This document shows, one piece after another, positions 38,488 through 49,012 of a DNA stretch of 64,000 bases. This DNA is from Bacteroidota bacterium (lineage in GTDB: Bacteria > Bacteroidota > Bacteroidia > Cytophagales > Cyclobacteriaceae). Position 1 is the stretch's first letter, and the number at the start of each line of letters is the position of its first letter. The DNA is taken from contig JBCDKO010000002.1 of assembly GCA_038746525.1 (NCBI GenBank), positions 1,733-65,732 on the forward strand, read 5' to 3'. A program made the position numbers and the translations under genes. A model generated the notes under the pieces. It saw nothing but the letters and a program-made list of their open reading frames with translations. It ran no database searches and was not told the origin of the DNA.

Positions 38488-39804
38488 CTAATTCCCGATT
38501 AGAACAGGTAATGATTTTTTTATTTTTCTAGCCTCTAAGTAGTCATAAAGAATTTGGTGAATCATTGGTCTTACATTTAATTGGTAAAGTGCTTTGTTGT
38601 CTCTAGAAGGATAAACACGGTTGGAAAGAAAAATAAAAATAAGGTCGTTTTCGGGATCAGCCCAAGCCAAAGTCCCTGTATAACCAGTATGACCGAAACT
38701 TCGGAAACTCGTACTTTTTGCTACTGAACTTAGTAATGAATCGTAGGATAATAGTGGTTTATCAAACCCCAATCCTCTTCTGTTGCCTTGGCTAGAATAG
38801 TGGGAGCAAGTAAAAAGATTTATTGTTTGGGGAGACAGTAAACTAAGGGAATCCGTTTTTCCGTAATCCATAAGAAAAGCCATTACTGAAGCCAGATCTT
38901 CGGCATTACTGAAAAGACCTGCATTTCCCGAGACACCTCCCATCATAATGGCCCCTTCATCATGAACTTTTCCATGGATTGCTTCCATTCTAAAAAAAGT
39001 ATCAATTTCCGTTGGTGGAATTCGATTCAGACTAAATTCTTTTTTAGGATTAAACCCAAGGCTTTGAACCTCTAATGGAAAATAAAACTCAGTTTTGAGA
39101 TATTCTTCAAAACTAATGCCCGTAAGATTGAGTACGATTTCAGGTACTAAATAAAAAAACAGCCCTGAGTATTGATACAAAGGGTTCTTTTTGACCTTAC
39201 TTTTCTTAATCAATTCCTTGATTCGTCTTTTGTAAAACTGATTATTTAGGTATAGACTATCAGTAATCTCAAATGAATAGCCATCTTTACTTTCGGTAAT
39301 AATATCCTTTTGTCGAAAGTGTCCATTTCGCTTCCTTATTATCTTATGATAAGGTATCCACGGTTGCAGTCCCGCCTGATGCGCCAATGCTTCCCTCATT
39401 GTAATTTTTCCAACCCTACCCTCAAGTCCCTCAACATAGTTCTTAATCGGGTTGTCCAACATTATGAGTCCTTCTTCATATAATTTCATTAATGCTAGAG
39501 TAGCTCCTACAATTTTTGTGATAGAAGCTAAGTCGTAAATGTCATCTTTTTTCACAGGGATCAGGGAATCATAAGTATGATAGCCATAGGATTTAAAAAA
39601 CATTATACTGTCCCGGTGACTGGCATAAACAACACACCCGGGGAATGCTTGATGATGGATGGCATCGGACACCACATGGTAGATTTTCTTTTCTAATTTG
39701 TTGCTAGTAGTATCACCATACAATTCAGGTTTCTGCGCTAGTATTTTGATTTCAATACAAAAGCATAAACTAAATGATGAAAGATAAATATATAATTTAT
39801 GCAT
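38488..39804 (-). CDS. Serine hydrolase, beta-lactamase class C family
   Basis: Signal peptide, YDLASITK (SxxK), YQYS, GVSGNAGLFS, FGHTGYTG, FIFLSNRVYP. Confidence 0.9.
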   Translation of the reverse strand: MHKLYIYLSSFSLCFCIEIKILAQKPELYGDTTSNKLEKKIYHVVSDAIHHQAFPGCVVYASHRDSIMFFKSYGYHTYDSLIPVKKDDIYDLASITKIVGATLALMKLYEEGLIMLDNPIKNYVEGLEGRVGKITMREALAHQAGLQPWIPYHKIIRKRNGHFRQKDIITESKDGYSFEITDSLYLNNQFYKRRIKELIKKSKVKKNPLYQYSGLFFYLVPEIVLNLTGISFEEYLKTEFYFPLEVQSLGFNPKKEFSLNRIPPTEIDTFFRMEAIHGKVHDEGAIMMGGVSGNAGLFSNAEDLASVMAFLMDYGKTDSLSLLSPQTINLFTCSHYSSQGNRRGLGFDKPLLSYDSLLSSVAKSTSFRSFGHTGYTGTLAWADPENDLIFIFLSNRVYPSRDNKALYQLNVRPMIHQILYDYLEARKIKKSLPVLIGN

Positions 39805-39832
39805 AGTCTTTTTTGGGTTTTAGTTTCGCATT

Positions 39833-41725
39833 ATGAATAAGACCAAGTATTTCATCATTGATTTCGATAGCACATTCACTCGGGTTGAAGCGCTAGATAT
39901 TTTAGCTGAAATATCTCTCAAGAATAGTGAAAATCGGGATAAGGCTATTCAGGAAATAAAAAAAATCACCGATCAAGGCATGGAAGGAAGCATGTCTTTC
40001 AGAGAATCCCTTCAAAAAAGGTTAAACATTTTACAAGCAAAACGAATGCACCTACCCGAACTCATTGATCGTTTAAGCGGATACATTTCAAATTCCTTTG
40101 AAAGGAACACTGAATTTATTTCCAATAACAAAGAGCGAATCTTTATTGTATCTAATGGTTTTGTAGACTTTATTGTTCCCATTGTGTCTAAATACGGTAT
40201 TAACGAAAAAAATGTATTTGCCAATGAGTTTGTTTATGATCATGAAGGAAACATTACCGGTTTTAATGAAAATAATGTGCTATCTGAAAACAACGGAAAA
40301 CCCAAGCAAATAGAAAAGTTAAGACTGGAAGGCGAGGTATTCGTCTTAGGAGATGGTTTCACCGACTATGAAATCAAAAAGGCAGGTTTAGCTAATAAAT
40401 TCTACGCATTTACAGAAAACATCAGAAGAGAAAAAGTATTGAATGAGGCAGACCATGAAGCGCCCACATTGGAGGAATTTCTTTTTACGCAGAATCTGGA
40501 GCGCGCCCACTCCTATCCAAAAAACAGAATCAAGGTTTTATTACTCGAAAATATTCATAAAGATGCTATTGAAAAACTGAAAAAAGAAGGCTACCAGGTT
40601 GCTGTACATCCAACTGGTATGGATGAAAATGAACTATCGGATGCTATTAAAGATGTTAGTATTCTTGGTATTAGATCAAAAACACAAGTGACTGAAAAAG
40701 TAATCGTAAACGCAAAACGCCTGCATGCTGTGGGAGCTTTTTGCATAGGAACGAATCAAATAAATCTTGAAGCCTGCTTAAAAAAAGGAATAGCAGTATT
40801 TAATGCACCGTTTTCAAACACTCGATCGGTGGTTGAATTAGCATTGGCTGAAATTATTTTGCTTATGCGAAATCTTCCAGATAAAATAAATCAAATGCAT
40901 GAAGGAAAATGGAGAAAATCTGCTACCGGAAGCTTTGAAATACGGGGAAAAACTTTGGGAATAGTTGGGTATGGGAAAATTGGATCTCAATTATCCATAC
41001 TGGCAGAAGCAGTAGGTATGAATGTACAATATTATGATATAGAGGAGAAATTAGCGCTTGGTAATGCCACTAGACGCAAATCACTGAAAGAGCTTCTAGA
41101 AACATCAGATATTGTTAGTTTACACGTGGATGGCAGACCAGAAAATCATTTAATCATTGGTACCCAACAATTCGATCAAATGAAGAATGGAGTTGTTTTT
41201 GTGAATCTAAGCAGAGGTCACGTAGTAGATGTCGATGCACTTGCTAAAAATATCGAAAGCGGAAAAGTTCATGGAGCTAGCATAGATGTATTTCCTGAGG
41301 AACCACTAAGCAATGATTATCCATTCGAATCTCCTCTAATTGGCTTAAAAAATCTTATTCTGACACCTCATATTGGTGGAAGTACTTTAGAAGCACAGAA
41401 AAATATAGCCGATTTTGTTCCCAATAAAATCATGGAATACATAAATACAGGCTCAACAACTAATAGTGTCAACTTTCCAAATATTACTCTGCCGGAATTA
41501 AGAAAAGCACATCGATTTATTCACGTCCACAAAAATGAGCCCGGAATACTAGCAGAAATAAACAATATTTTAGCTGATCATGGGATCAATATTATTGGTC
41601 AATATTTGAAAACAAACGAAACAATTGGTTATGTAATTACAGATATTAATAAGAAGTATAAAGAGGATGTTGTTAAAGATTTAAGGAAGATAGATGGTAC
41701 AATCCGATTTAGAGTTTTGTACTAA
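39833..41725 (+). CDS. serA: HAD phosphoserine-phosphatase-like domain fused to D-3-phosphoglycerate dehydrogenase (with ACT)
   Basis: N-terminal DFDST and GDGFTD HAD motifs; GIRSKT, FCIGTNQ, GIVGYGKIG, TPHIGGST, HVHKNEPG. Confidence 0.93.
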   Translation: MNKTKYFIIDFDSTFTRVEALDILAEISLKNSENRDKAIQEIKKITDQGMEGSMSFRESLQKRLNILQAKRMHLPELIDRLSGYISNSFERNTEFISNNKERIFIVSNGFVDFIVPIVSKYGINEKNVFANEFVYDHEGNITGFNENNVLSENNGKPKQIEKLRLEGEVFVLGDGFTDYEIKKAGLANKFYAFTENIRREKVLNEADHEAPTLEEFLFTQNLERAHSYPKNRIKVLLLENIHKDAIEKLKKEGYQVAVHPTGMDENELSDAIKDVSILGIRSKTQVTEKVIVNAKRLHAVGAFCIGTNQINLEACLKKGIAVFNAPFSNTRSVVELALAEIILLMRNLPDKINQMHEGKWRKSATGSFEIRGKTLGIVGYGKIGSQLSILAEAVGMNVQYYDIEEKLALGNATRRKSLKELLETSDIVSLHVDGRPENHLIIGTQQFDQMKNGVVFVNLSRGHVVDVDALAKNIESGKVHGASIDVFPEEPLSNDYPFESPLIGLKNLILTPHIGGSTLEAQKNIADFVPNKIMEYINTGSTTNSVNFPNITLPELRKAHRFIHVHKNEPGILAEINNILADHGINIIGQYLKTNETIGYVITDINKKYKEDVVKDLRKIDGTIRFRVLY

Positions 41726-41823
41726 TAGTTTGTTCATTTACGTTACCTTCGTGATCATTAAGTCATCCACCATCTTAAGAGTTTATCCATAACTGTTAAC
41801 CAGATAAGCTAAAACTGACAAAC

Positions 41824-42210
41824 ATGAGCTACATGCTTACTTGGAAAAACTTAAACACGCTAGATCAATTAGAGAAGATCATCGCTGGTTCCCAGATGAA
41901 ACCTGTTTTACTTTTTAAGCACAGGTCTTCTTCTACCGAAAGTAATCAGGTAAAACGATTACTTGAAAATGAATGGGCTATTCCTCCTAATCAGCTTGAC
42001 TGCTATTTAGTTGATGCGATAAAAGATAAAGCGATAGCTTCAGAAGCAAGTGATTTTGCAGGGATTCCTAATGTATTTCCACAGGTCTTACTTTTTGCTG
42101 ACGAAGTGGCCATGTACGATGAATCTCATGAAATGATCAACGTGAAAAAAATCAAGATTGCTTTGAAAATAATTAACCGTACATTCAAGTGGATGGAAAC
42201 AAGGGCATAA
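41824..42210 (+). CDS. YtxJ / DUF2847-like thioredoxin-fold protein lacking the redox Cys
   Basis: WKNLNTLDQLEKI, PVLLFKH, PQVLLF, YDESH pattern; TxC/CxIS motif replaced by RSSSTES. Confidence 0.7.
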   Translation: MSYMLTWKNLNTLDQLEKIIAGSQMKPVLLFKHRSSSTESNQVKRLLENEWAIPPNQLDCYLVDAIKDKAIASEASDFAGIPNVFPQVLLFADEVAMYDESHEMINVKKIKIALKIINRTFKWMETRA

Positions 42211-42263
42211 TTAAATGAATCTATAACTGTTACTAATATTGCTCTTTTAACAAGGAGCTTTCT

Positions 42264-43334
42264 ATGTCTAACAAAATTTTTTTTACTCCCGGGCCCTCTC
42301 AGCTTTTTTACAGTTTTAAAGATCACCTGAAAAAAGCCATTGCAGAAGATATACCCAGCATTTCGCATCGAAGTAGTCAATTTATAAAAGTTGTTGAAGA
42401 AACAACCCATTCATTGAAATCTTTGCTTGAGATTCCAGATGATTACCATGTTTTTTTCTTGAATTCTGCTAATGAAGCTTGGGATAGAATCATTCAAAAC
42501 CTCGTGATAAATAGTTCACACCACTTCGCAAATGGATCCTTTAGCAAAAAGTTTTACGACTTTGCAATATTGCACGGTATGAAAAGCACCCTTAATAAAT
42601 GTGGAGATGGAGAGGCATTTAATTCATTAACAATTCCTGATTCCGCTGAGCTCATTGGACTTACCAAAAATGAAACGAGTGTTGGGTATACATTTACTGA
42701 AGATGAAATCAAAGCCATACGAACAGAAAATCCAGATAAGCTCATTGCCCTGGATATAGTAAGTGCCTCCCCGGCTTTAACAGTTGATTTTTCACAAGTA
42801 GATACCGCTTACCTCTCTGTACAAAAAGGATTTGGGATGCCGGCGGGTCTTGGGCTATGGATTGTAAATGAAAGATGTATCGAAAAAGCGGAAACGAAGC
42901 AAGCATCTGTTTCGTTAGGATCTTACAGAACACTTCATAATCTCAAAAAATTTGGTGTTAAACATCAAACACCAGAAACTCCGAATATGCTTTTTATTTA
43001 TATCATAGGAAAAATTGCCCAAGATCTTATGAATTATGGAGTGAAGCGATTGCAAAACGATATTATTTACAAAGCAACCTTGATTAATCAATTAATTGAG
43101 TCCCATGCTTCCCTAGCGCACTTTGTAAATTCTAGCCGGCATAGATCCAAATCTACCGTCGTTGCTAAAGCAAAAAATCAGGCCATACTTCTTGACGTGC
43201 TAAATAAAAAAGGACTGGTTCTTGGAAAAGGATACGGACCATACAAAGAAGAGCATATTCGTATTGCCAACTTCCCAACCCACTCGAGAGAATCCGTTGA
43301 ATTTTTAGTTGATATTATAAAAAAAATAGAATAA
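42264..43334 (+). CDS. serC: Phosphoserine aminotransferase-like class V aminotransferase
   Basis: FTPGPSQ, ISHRS, NETSVG, DIVS, SVQKGFG (PLP Lys), TPETPN; adjacent to serA. Confidence 0.8.
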   Translation: MSNKIFFTPGPSQLFYSFKDHLKKAIAEDIPSISHRSSQFIKVVEETTHSLKSLLEIPDDYHVFFLNSANEAWDRIIQNLVINSSHHFANGSFSKKFYDFAILHGMKSTLNKCGDGEAFNSLTIPDSAELIGLTKNETSVGYTFTEDEIKAIRTENPDKLIALDIVSASPALTVDFSQVDTAYLSVQKGFGMPAGLGLWIVNERCIEKAETKQASVSLGSYRTLHNLKKFGVKHQTPETPNMLFIYIIGKIAQDLMNYGVKRLQNDIIYKATLINQLIESHASLAHFVNSSRHRSKSTVVAKAKNQAILLDVLNKKGLVLGKGYGPYKEEHIRIANFPTHSRESVEFLVDIIKKIE

Positions 43335-43454
43335 AATTCTAAAAAATAAATTTTATCAAATACTTATAATATTTTCTTCTTTGAAAAAACTTAAAGCAAA
43401 AATATAAATCGTCGTTTCGTCTTTTATTTTAATTCGTATATCGATTAGTTAATT

Positions 43455-44396
43455 ATGGATACCATTAGCAAACCACAACCATTGACTACACCGCTAAGCA
43501 AAATAATTGTTTGCCTTGATTATTCAAGTAAGGATAAAGAAGTCATTGAAAATACTTGTACTATCAGTAAGATAGCGGGAGCTACTGAAATTATTTTTCT
43601 TAATGTAATTAAAGAATTTATTCTGCCAGAGGAAGTAAAAAAAGAATTTCCCTACTTAATAGATAAAGCGATCGAAGAAAGGAAATGTGAACTAAGTGAA
43701 ATTGTCAACGATAGTTTCTCTTCCAATATCACAAAAAGACTCATTGTAAAACAAGGAAATATCACAAAAGAAATCTTGAATGTAGCAACAGACGAAAAAT
43801 CGGACTTGATTATCATGGGGAGAAACAACGATGGTAATTCTGTGCTTAGCGCGAGAATAGCAAGAAGATCTCCGTGCAATCTTTTATTTCTACCTCAAAA
43901 CCGTAAAATCAAGTTTGATAAGATATTAATTCCAGTTGATTTTTCAGATTATTCTGAATTATCCTTAAAAATAGTTTTGCAATTAACTGAAAATATAACA
44001 TCTACTATCTATTTGGAAAATATAATAAGTGTACCTAGTAGTTATAGATATTCAGGAAAATCTTTTGAAGAATTTAGTGAAATACTTAAAGGGCATGTAC
44101 GAAAAGATTTAGATCTTTTATTAAACAAGTTTTCTTTAAATAAGCAAAAACTGGTTCCTCTTTTTACTCTTGAAAAAGGTGAAAAAATCATTGATTTAAT
44201 TTGGAAAGAATCCAAAAAGAAGAAAGTGGATATGATGGTAATGGGCGCTAAGGGAAGAACTCCTGCTTCTGCGCTTTTTATTGGAAGCAAAGCGGAAAGG
44301 ATGATTAGACTCAATGACGAAATACCTTTAATGATCATTCGTAAAAAAGGCGCCATGGCTGGAATCATAGAGACATTGAAAGAAACGCTAGATTGA
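43455..44396 (+). CDS. Universal stress protein, tandem UspA domains
   Basis: KIIVCLDYS..SDLIIMG, KILIPVDFS..DMMVMGAKGRT..FIGSKAERM. Confidence 0.92.
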   Translation: MDTISKPQPLTTPLSKIIVCLDYSSKDKEVIENTCTISKIAGATEIIFLNVIKEFILPEEVKKEFPYLIDKAIEERKCELSEIVNDSFSSNITKRLIVKQGNITKEILNVATDEKSDLIIMGRNNDGNSVLSARIARRSPCNLLFLPQNRKIKFDKILIPVDFSDYSELSLKIVLQLTENITSTIYLENIISVPSSYRYSGKSFEEFSEILKGHVRKDLDLLLNKFSLNKQKLVPLFTLEKGEKIIDLIWKESKKKKVDMMVMGAKGRTPASALFIGSKAERMIRLNDEIPLMIIRKKGAMAGIIETLKETLD

Positions 44397-44411
44397 ACCA
44401 GAGATGCGACG

Positions 44412-44935
44412 CTATTGAAGTAAAGACCCTCTGTCATTCATTATTTCATCCTTACATTGGTATAATTCTTCAAAAAAAATAGTGGGGAAACAGCTTTCCA
44501 TTAATTTTTCGATACAATCCCCTTGATGATTAAAAGCATAGCCTTGCATTTCTCCCTTTTTTGTGTTCACCTTTCACCATGCATAATGATCGTGATTTTC
44601 TTCACTCACCTGCATAATCAATTCATTTTTATAGACAGAATAATCTTCTACATCAGCTTATAATACCAATTCTCTCCCATAGCTTTTATTGCTAAGCACA
44701 TAAATCAGTCGATCATTGTAGTACGTGATTTTTTCAATTTCCAATCGGGGTTTACAAATACTTTATTTATAAAGTTTCTAATGGGCACAAGGTTAATACC
44801 ATCATTCAAAGAAGTAACAAGTGACAGCAACTTCCTCCAAATTGATAATTGCTTCTTGCAATGCAATGGTAAGTTGGTGAGGTAGTCCCTTTCGCGATCC
44901 GGATAACCATTTAATGAGTCCTGTATGTTGATCAT
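44412..44935 (-). pseudogene. Possible decayed gene of unknown family
   Basis: 76-aa ORF can join, via a 1-nt shift in the A6 run near 44729-44734, a frame open to TAG 44412 apart from TAA 44658 and TGA 44574. Confidence 0.3.
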
Positions 44936-44955
44936 TTAAGCAATGTTTCTAATTT

Positions 44956-46860
44956 TCACTGCAGATTCAATAACTCATGGAGTTCGTAGATCGATCGATA
45001 CGTTCCATGTTGCTGAACATAATCGATCATTTTATTAAAAAATGGGTCATTCCCTAATGTGGAAGAATCTCCAACCATTATTAATCTATGTTTGGCCCTG
45101 GTCATCGCAACATTAAGCCTACGATACTCTTTCAGGAAACCAATCTCCCCTTTGCTATTAGAACGAACCAACGAGATGTATATCATATCCCTCTCTTGCC
45201 CTTGAAAAGCATCAACACTGTTGATATTTATCTGGGACCTGAACTGTGCAAGCTTAGAGGATTGATTGACCAGTGTATCAAGTACTTCAATTTGTGCCTT
45301 ATAGGGTGCTATGATTCCGACATCAAGATCGGTAAGATCATCTTGTTCTATCCACTTGATAAGAAACACTGCTTCTTCTTCATTATAGGTACTTAAGGTT
45401 TCTTGCTTTACCTTTTCTTGAAAACCAGCTCCCGCGGTATCAATAAAAATCAGACATTCGTCAAATATCTTCTTTCGATTATGTATTGATTGAGCCGCTT
45501 TAAGTTTGCCATCATAAAATTGTTGACTTGAAAAACCCATGATGGCGGGATCCATTCGATATTGCTCTTCTAGCATAGTCACTGCCTGAGATTGATAATG
45601 CAGCCCTTTGGCAAAAAGTGTCTGTTCCAAGCCTCCTTTTGCTGCTTCCCCTGATTTGATGGTAGGAGGCAACTGATGATGATCCCCAGACATGATGACC
45701 CTTCGAGCTCTCAATATGGATATCCAGGCCGCTGCCTCCAATGCCTGCGAGGATTCATCAATAAATACCGTCTTAAAAATATGATCAGAAATAAGGCTGT
45801 TACTAACCCCTGTTAAAGTAGTCGCGATGACTTGGGCTCTATCAACTAAATACACTGTAATGTAGGATTCAAGTTTTTTGGATTCATTTTTCAATGCTTT
45901 AGCCTCTTTATACAAAAGGCTTCTCTGATTTCGCTCTTCCTTACCGAATTGCCGCTTGTATTTTCCAGCCAGCTTCTTAAGTTCTTCTGATTTTTTCCTA
46001 AGTTCTTTCAGCCGATGGAAGTCAGGGTGCTTACTAACTTTCACATCCAGGCTATTTTCGATTACATCATGGGTCAATCGAGCGGGATGGCCTATTCTTA
46101 AGACATTTATCTCTTCTTGAGTTAATCGTTCTACTAATAAATCCACTGCTGCATTGCTAGGAGCACACACTAAAACTTGCTTCTCTTGTCGGACAGTCTC
46201 TTTGATGCACTTTACCAATGTGGTTGTTTTACCTGTGCCAGGAGGCCCATGAACAAATGCAACATCAAGAGCCGCAGAGATTAATGAAAATGCTTCGTTC
46301 TGAATCTTATTTAAGGTTGGTAAATGGTAAGTGTACTGCTTGGTAAAGGAAGCTTTTTTCATTCCATAAATAATGTTTCTTAACTCAGCAATTCTATCAT
46401 TTTGAGCATGTATCACACAGTTGAGTGCTTTATTCATTTCGCGATAGGTGGCGTCATCAAACAGTAAATTAATCCCCAATTGATTTTGACTAACCCAGTC
46501 TGGAAGATAAGAATCATTCAATACCATTCGCATTAAATCTTCTTTCAAATAACTCACTACACCATTCACTATCTTATCTTTTTTCTCATCTTCAGAAAAT
46601 AGACAAGCTACTGCACCTACCTGAAAAGCATGTTTCTGTCCCCGATTTTTTTCTCTTTTTACCTGAATAGTTATTCTATCACCAGTACTTATGAATTCAC
46701 TCACAATATTGATTGGGTACCATGTCACTCCATTTTTAACGCGTTCTCTAATAGAGGTATTCATCATTCGTTCCTGATATTGTGCATAGTCGGCGGCCCT
46801 TTCCTTCTTAAGTAGGGAAAGTTGAAGTTCTAGGTTTTGAATTACCTCTTCATGATTCAT
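44956..46860 (-). CDS. Superfamily 1 helicase, UPF1/IGHMBP2-like (AAA_11/AAA_12)
   Basis: HGPPGTGKTT, CAPSNAAVD, IDESSQ, GDHHQLPPT, QYRM, VDAFQGQE, RRLNVAMTRA; likely start MNHEE at 46860. Confidence 0.93.
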   Translation of the reverse strand: MNHEEVIQNLELQLSLLKKERAADYAQYQERMMNTSIRERVKNGVTWYPINIVSEFISTGDRITIQVKREKNRGQKHAFQVGAVACLFSEDEKKDKIVNGVVSYLKEDLMRMVLNDSYLPDWVSQNQLGINLLFDDATYREMNKALNCVIHAQNDRIAELRNIIYGMKKASFTKQYTYHLPTLNKIQNEAFSLISAALDVAFVHGPPGTGKTTTLVKCIKETVRQEKQVLVCAPSNAAVDLLVERLTQEEINVLRIGHPARLTHDVIENSLDVKVSKHPDFHRLKELRKKSEELKKLAGKYKRQFGKEERNQRSLLYKEAKALKNESKKLESYITVYLVDRAQVIATTLTGVSNSLISDHIFKTVFIDESSQALEAAAWISILRARRVIMSGDHHQLPPTIKSGEAAKGGLEQTLFAKGLHYQSQAVTMLEEQYRMDPAIMGFSSQQFYDGKLKAAQSIHNRKKIFDECLIFIDTAGAGFQEKVKQETLSTYNEEEAVFLIKWIEQDDLTDLDVGIIAPYKAQIEVLDTLVNQSSKLAQFRSQININSVDAFQGQERDMIYISLVRSNSKGEIGFLKEYRRLNVAMTRAKHRLIMVGDSSTLGNDPFFNKMIDYVQQHGTYRSIYELHELLNLQ

Positions 46861-46888
46861 TAATAGCAATAAACACAAATTAAATTAC

Positions 46889-48166
46889 ATGGTTATGAAC
46901 ATTATGCATCAAAATTTTGAATCTAAACATGTGCATATTGTAGGGGCAGGAATAAGTGGTTTGATCGCTGCAATTAATCTGGAAAAAATGGGATTTTCCC
47001 CCGTTATTTGGGAAGAAAATGATCAAATTGGTGGTCGCGTTCAAACGGATTTTGTTGAGGGGTATCAGCTTGATAGAGGTTTTCAAGTGTTGCTAGAAGC
47101 CTATCCAATGGCTAAAAAATACTTAGACTTTGATGCACTGAATCTTCAACCATTAGATTCAGGGACATTGATTTTTTCCAACGGACAAGCTAATTTTTTT
47201 GGAGATCCTAGGCGAGATATTTCATTTTTATTCCCTACCATATTCTCATCTTTTGCAACATTATCAGATAAATTCAAAATATTTCAATTAAATCAGAAAC
47301 TAAATAAAGATGACGTAATTGAAATATTTAATCGAGAAGAACATTCAACTTCTTCTTATTTGAAAAAACTTGGATTTTCTTCTAAAGTCATCCATTCTTT
47401 TTTTATACCTTTTTTCAGTGGTATTTTTCTTGAACCCGATCTCAACACTTCCAGCAGGATGTTCGAATTCGTTTATAAAATGTTCAGTGAAGGGCGTGCA
47501 ATGATACCCAGGGCAGGTATTGGAGCCATTTCTCAACAACTAAAAAGAAGGCTTCAGAAGACAGAAATTAAACTGAATACCAAAGTTGCCCACATAAAGA
47601 ACAATAAAATCTTCCTACCTGGAAACGAAAGTGTTACTTCAGATTTTATCATAGTAGCGACTAATCCCGAAAACCTTATTAATAATTATACATCATCCCT
47701 TCAATGGAAAAGTTGTAATACCATTTATCTCACCACACCGAAAAGATCGTTTTACAAACCTATCATTGGGTTGAATGCAGCTAAAGATCGTTTTGCTAAC
47801 AATATTTTCTATCCTACAAGTATTGAAACGGAAGGAAAAGGAAGAGAAGAACTATTGTCCGTCACGGTGGTCAAAAATCACGAGTTGCCCATTGACCGTT
47901 TAGTTGAAGTAGTGAGACAAGAGCTTAAAAAAGATTTTAATATTGATCAGTCCGCTTATTTAAAGCATTATAACATTCCACATGCACTTCCTGACCTCAA
48001 AGACCTTCAATACGAAAGAGATGAAGGAGAGAGCTTGCTCACTGAAAATATTGCTATTGCGGGAGACTTTCAGTTAAATGGTTCTCTCAATGCGGCAATG
48101 ACTTCAGGCGAAAAAGCTGCTTTAATTACCAAAAGGGTTCTTTCAGGTAACTTGATAGCAGTTTAA
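46889..48166 (+). CDS. FAD-dependent oxidoreductase (amine oxidase / protoporphyrinogen oxidase-like family)
   Basis: VGAGISGL, GGRVQTD, LDRGFQVL, AGD..LNGSLNAAMTSG. Confidence 0.88.
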   Translation: MVMNIMHQNFESKHVHIVGAGISGLIAAINLEKMGFSPVIWEENDQIGGRVQTDFVEGYQLDRGFQVLLEAYPMAKKYLDFDALNLQPLDSGTLIFSNGQANFFGDPRRDISFLFPTIFSSFATLSDKFKIFQLNQKLNKDDVIEIFNREEHSTSSYLKKLGFSSKVIHSFFIPFFSGIFLEPDLNTSSRMFEFVYKMFSEGRAMIPRAGIGAISQQLKRRLQKTEIKLNTKVAHIKNNKIFLPGNESVTSDFIIVATNPENLINNYTSSLQWKSCNTIYLTTPKRSFYKPIIGLNAAKDRFANNIFYPTSIETEGKGREELLSVTVVKNHELPIDRLVEVVRQELKKDFNIDQSAYLKHYNIPHALPDLKDLQYERDEGESLLTENIAIAGDFQLNGSLNAAMTSGEKAALITKRVLSGNLIAV

Positions 48167-48178
48167 ATTTACACTCTA

Positions 48179-48490
48179 TTGAAAAAAATTCTGAATTACG
48201 TTGTTATTTGTGTTTTGGGATTCCTCATTCTAGGAAACCCTACGGAACATAAGTATTTAGTGAGGTTGCAAGAAGATTATGGAAGTATTCATCAAGGAAA
48301 TACATTAAGCATTCAAGATCTAAACCATATTGGAGAAAGCGCTTTTAGATCGTATTTATTATGGGGCTTCTACGATTATTCATTTGGAACCATCCAGGTC
48401 AAGTATTTTGGAATCGCTTTCATGACCTTTTACATTGGAAGTAATGCTCGATCAACTTCTAAAACAAACCCCAAAAAGATCATTGTATGA
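48179..48490 (+). CDS. Small secreted/membrane hypothetical protein (DUF4359-like)
   Basis: N-terminal hydrophobic stretch then NPTE..Y; co-oriented in a three-gene run. Confidence 0.55.
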   Translation: MKKILNYVVICVLGFLILGNPTEHKYLVRLQEDYGSIHQGNTLSIQDLNHIGESAFRSYLLWGFYDYSFGTIQVKYFGIAFMTFYIGSNARSTSKTNPKKIIV

Positions 48491-48984
48491 TTCAGCCTCA
48501 ACCTCCAGGATTCAAAGTCCATAATTACTCTTTTCATGTAGAAGTGATGGCTATGCCCCCTATTGTGTGGGACTGGTTAAACGATACAAAGACATTTACA
48601 GATACCCAAATTTGGCCATATAGCGTCGAGTTTTATAGCCCTAATCCAGAAAAAATCCCAAATGGATTCAATGAAGGTGTGCTAACTAATCATACCGGAC
48701 CATTGATCAATTTTGCAGGTGTGCTAACTGAGATAACAGAAGATTATCGGGATCTACAATACTACTATGGAAGTTATGCAATCAGTTTTAGCCTTGTGAG
48801 ACCTTTTAGGTTAGAATTTAAAACCAGAGATGACCAGGGTTCAACAACGATTACTTGCACCATTAGCTCCTACGTCAAACCTACCTTCTACAAAACATGG
48901 GACAGACTTAACAAACTCTTTTGGAAAAGATTTAAAAAATGGTCGAGAAAAAGTATCATGAAAAAGGTTAACAGCGCTTTGTAA
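48487..48984 (+). CDS. Hypothetical protein, possibly SRPBCC fold
   Basis: ATGA overlap with upstream gene; PPIVWDWLND..TF N-terminus, C-terminal helix. Confidence 0.6.
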   Translation: MIQPQPPGFKVHNYSFHVEVMAMPPIVWDWLNDTKTFTDTQIWPYSVEFYSPNPEKIPNGFNEGVLTNHTGPLINFAGVLTEITEDYRDLQYYYGSYAISFSLVRPFRLEFKTRDDQGSTTITCTISSYVKPTFYKTWDRLNKLFWKRFKKWSRKSIMKKVNSAL

Positions 48985-49012
48985 GCTTATCCATTTTCAC
49001 CTAAAATAAAGT

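Noticed and set aside
46860-46910. Back-to-back starts of helicase and oxidoreductase under 50 bp apart
   Set aside because: Compact divergent pairs are common and I found no clear promoter or operator motif
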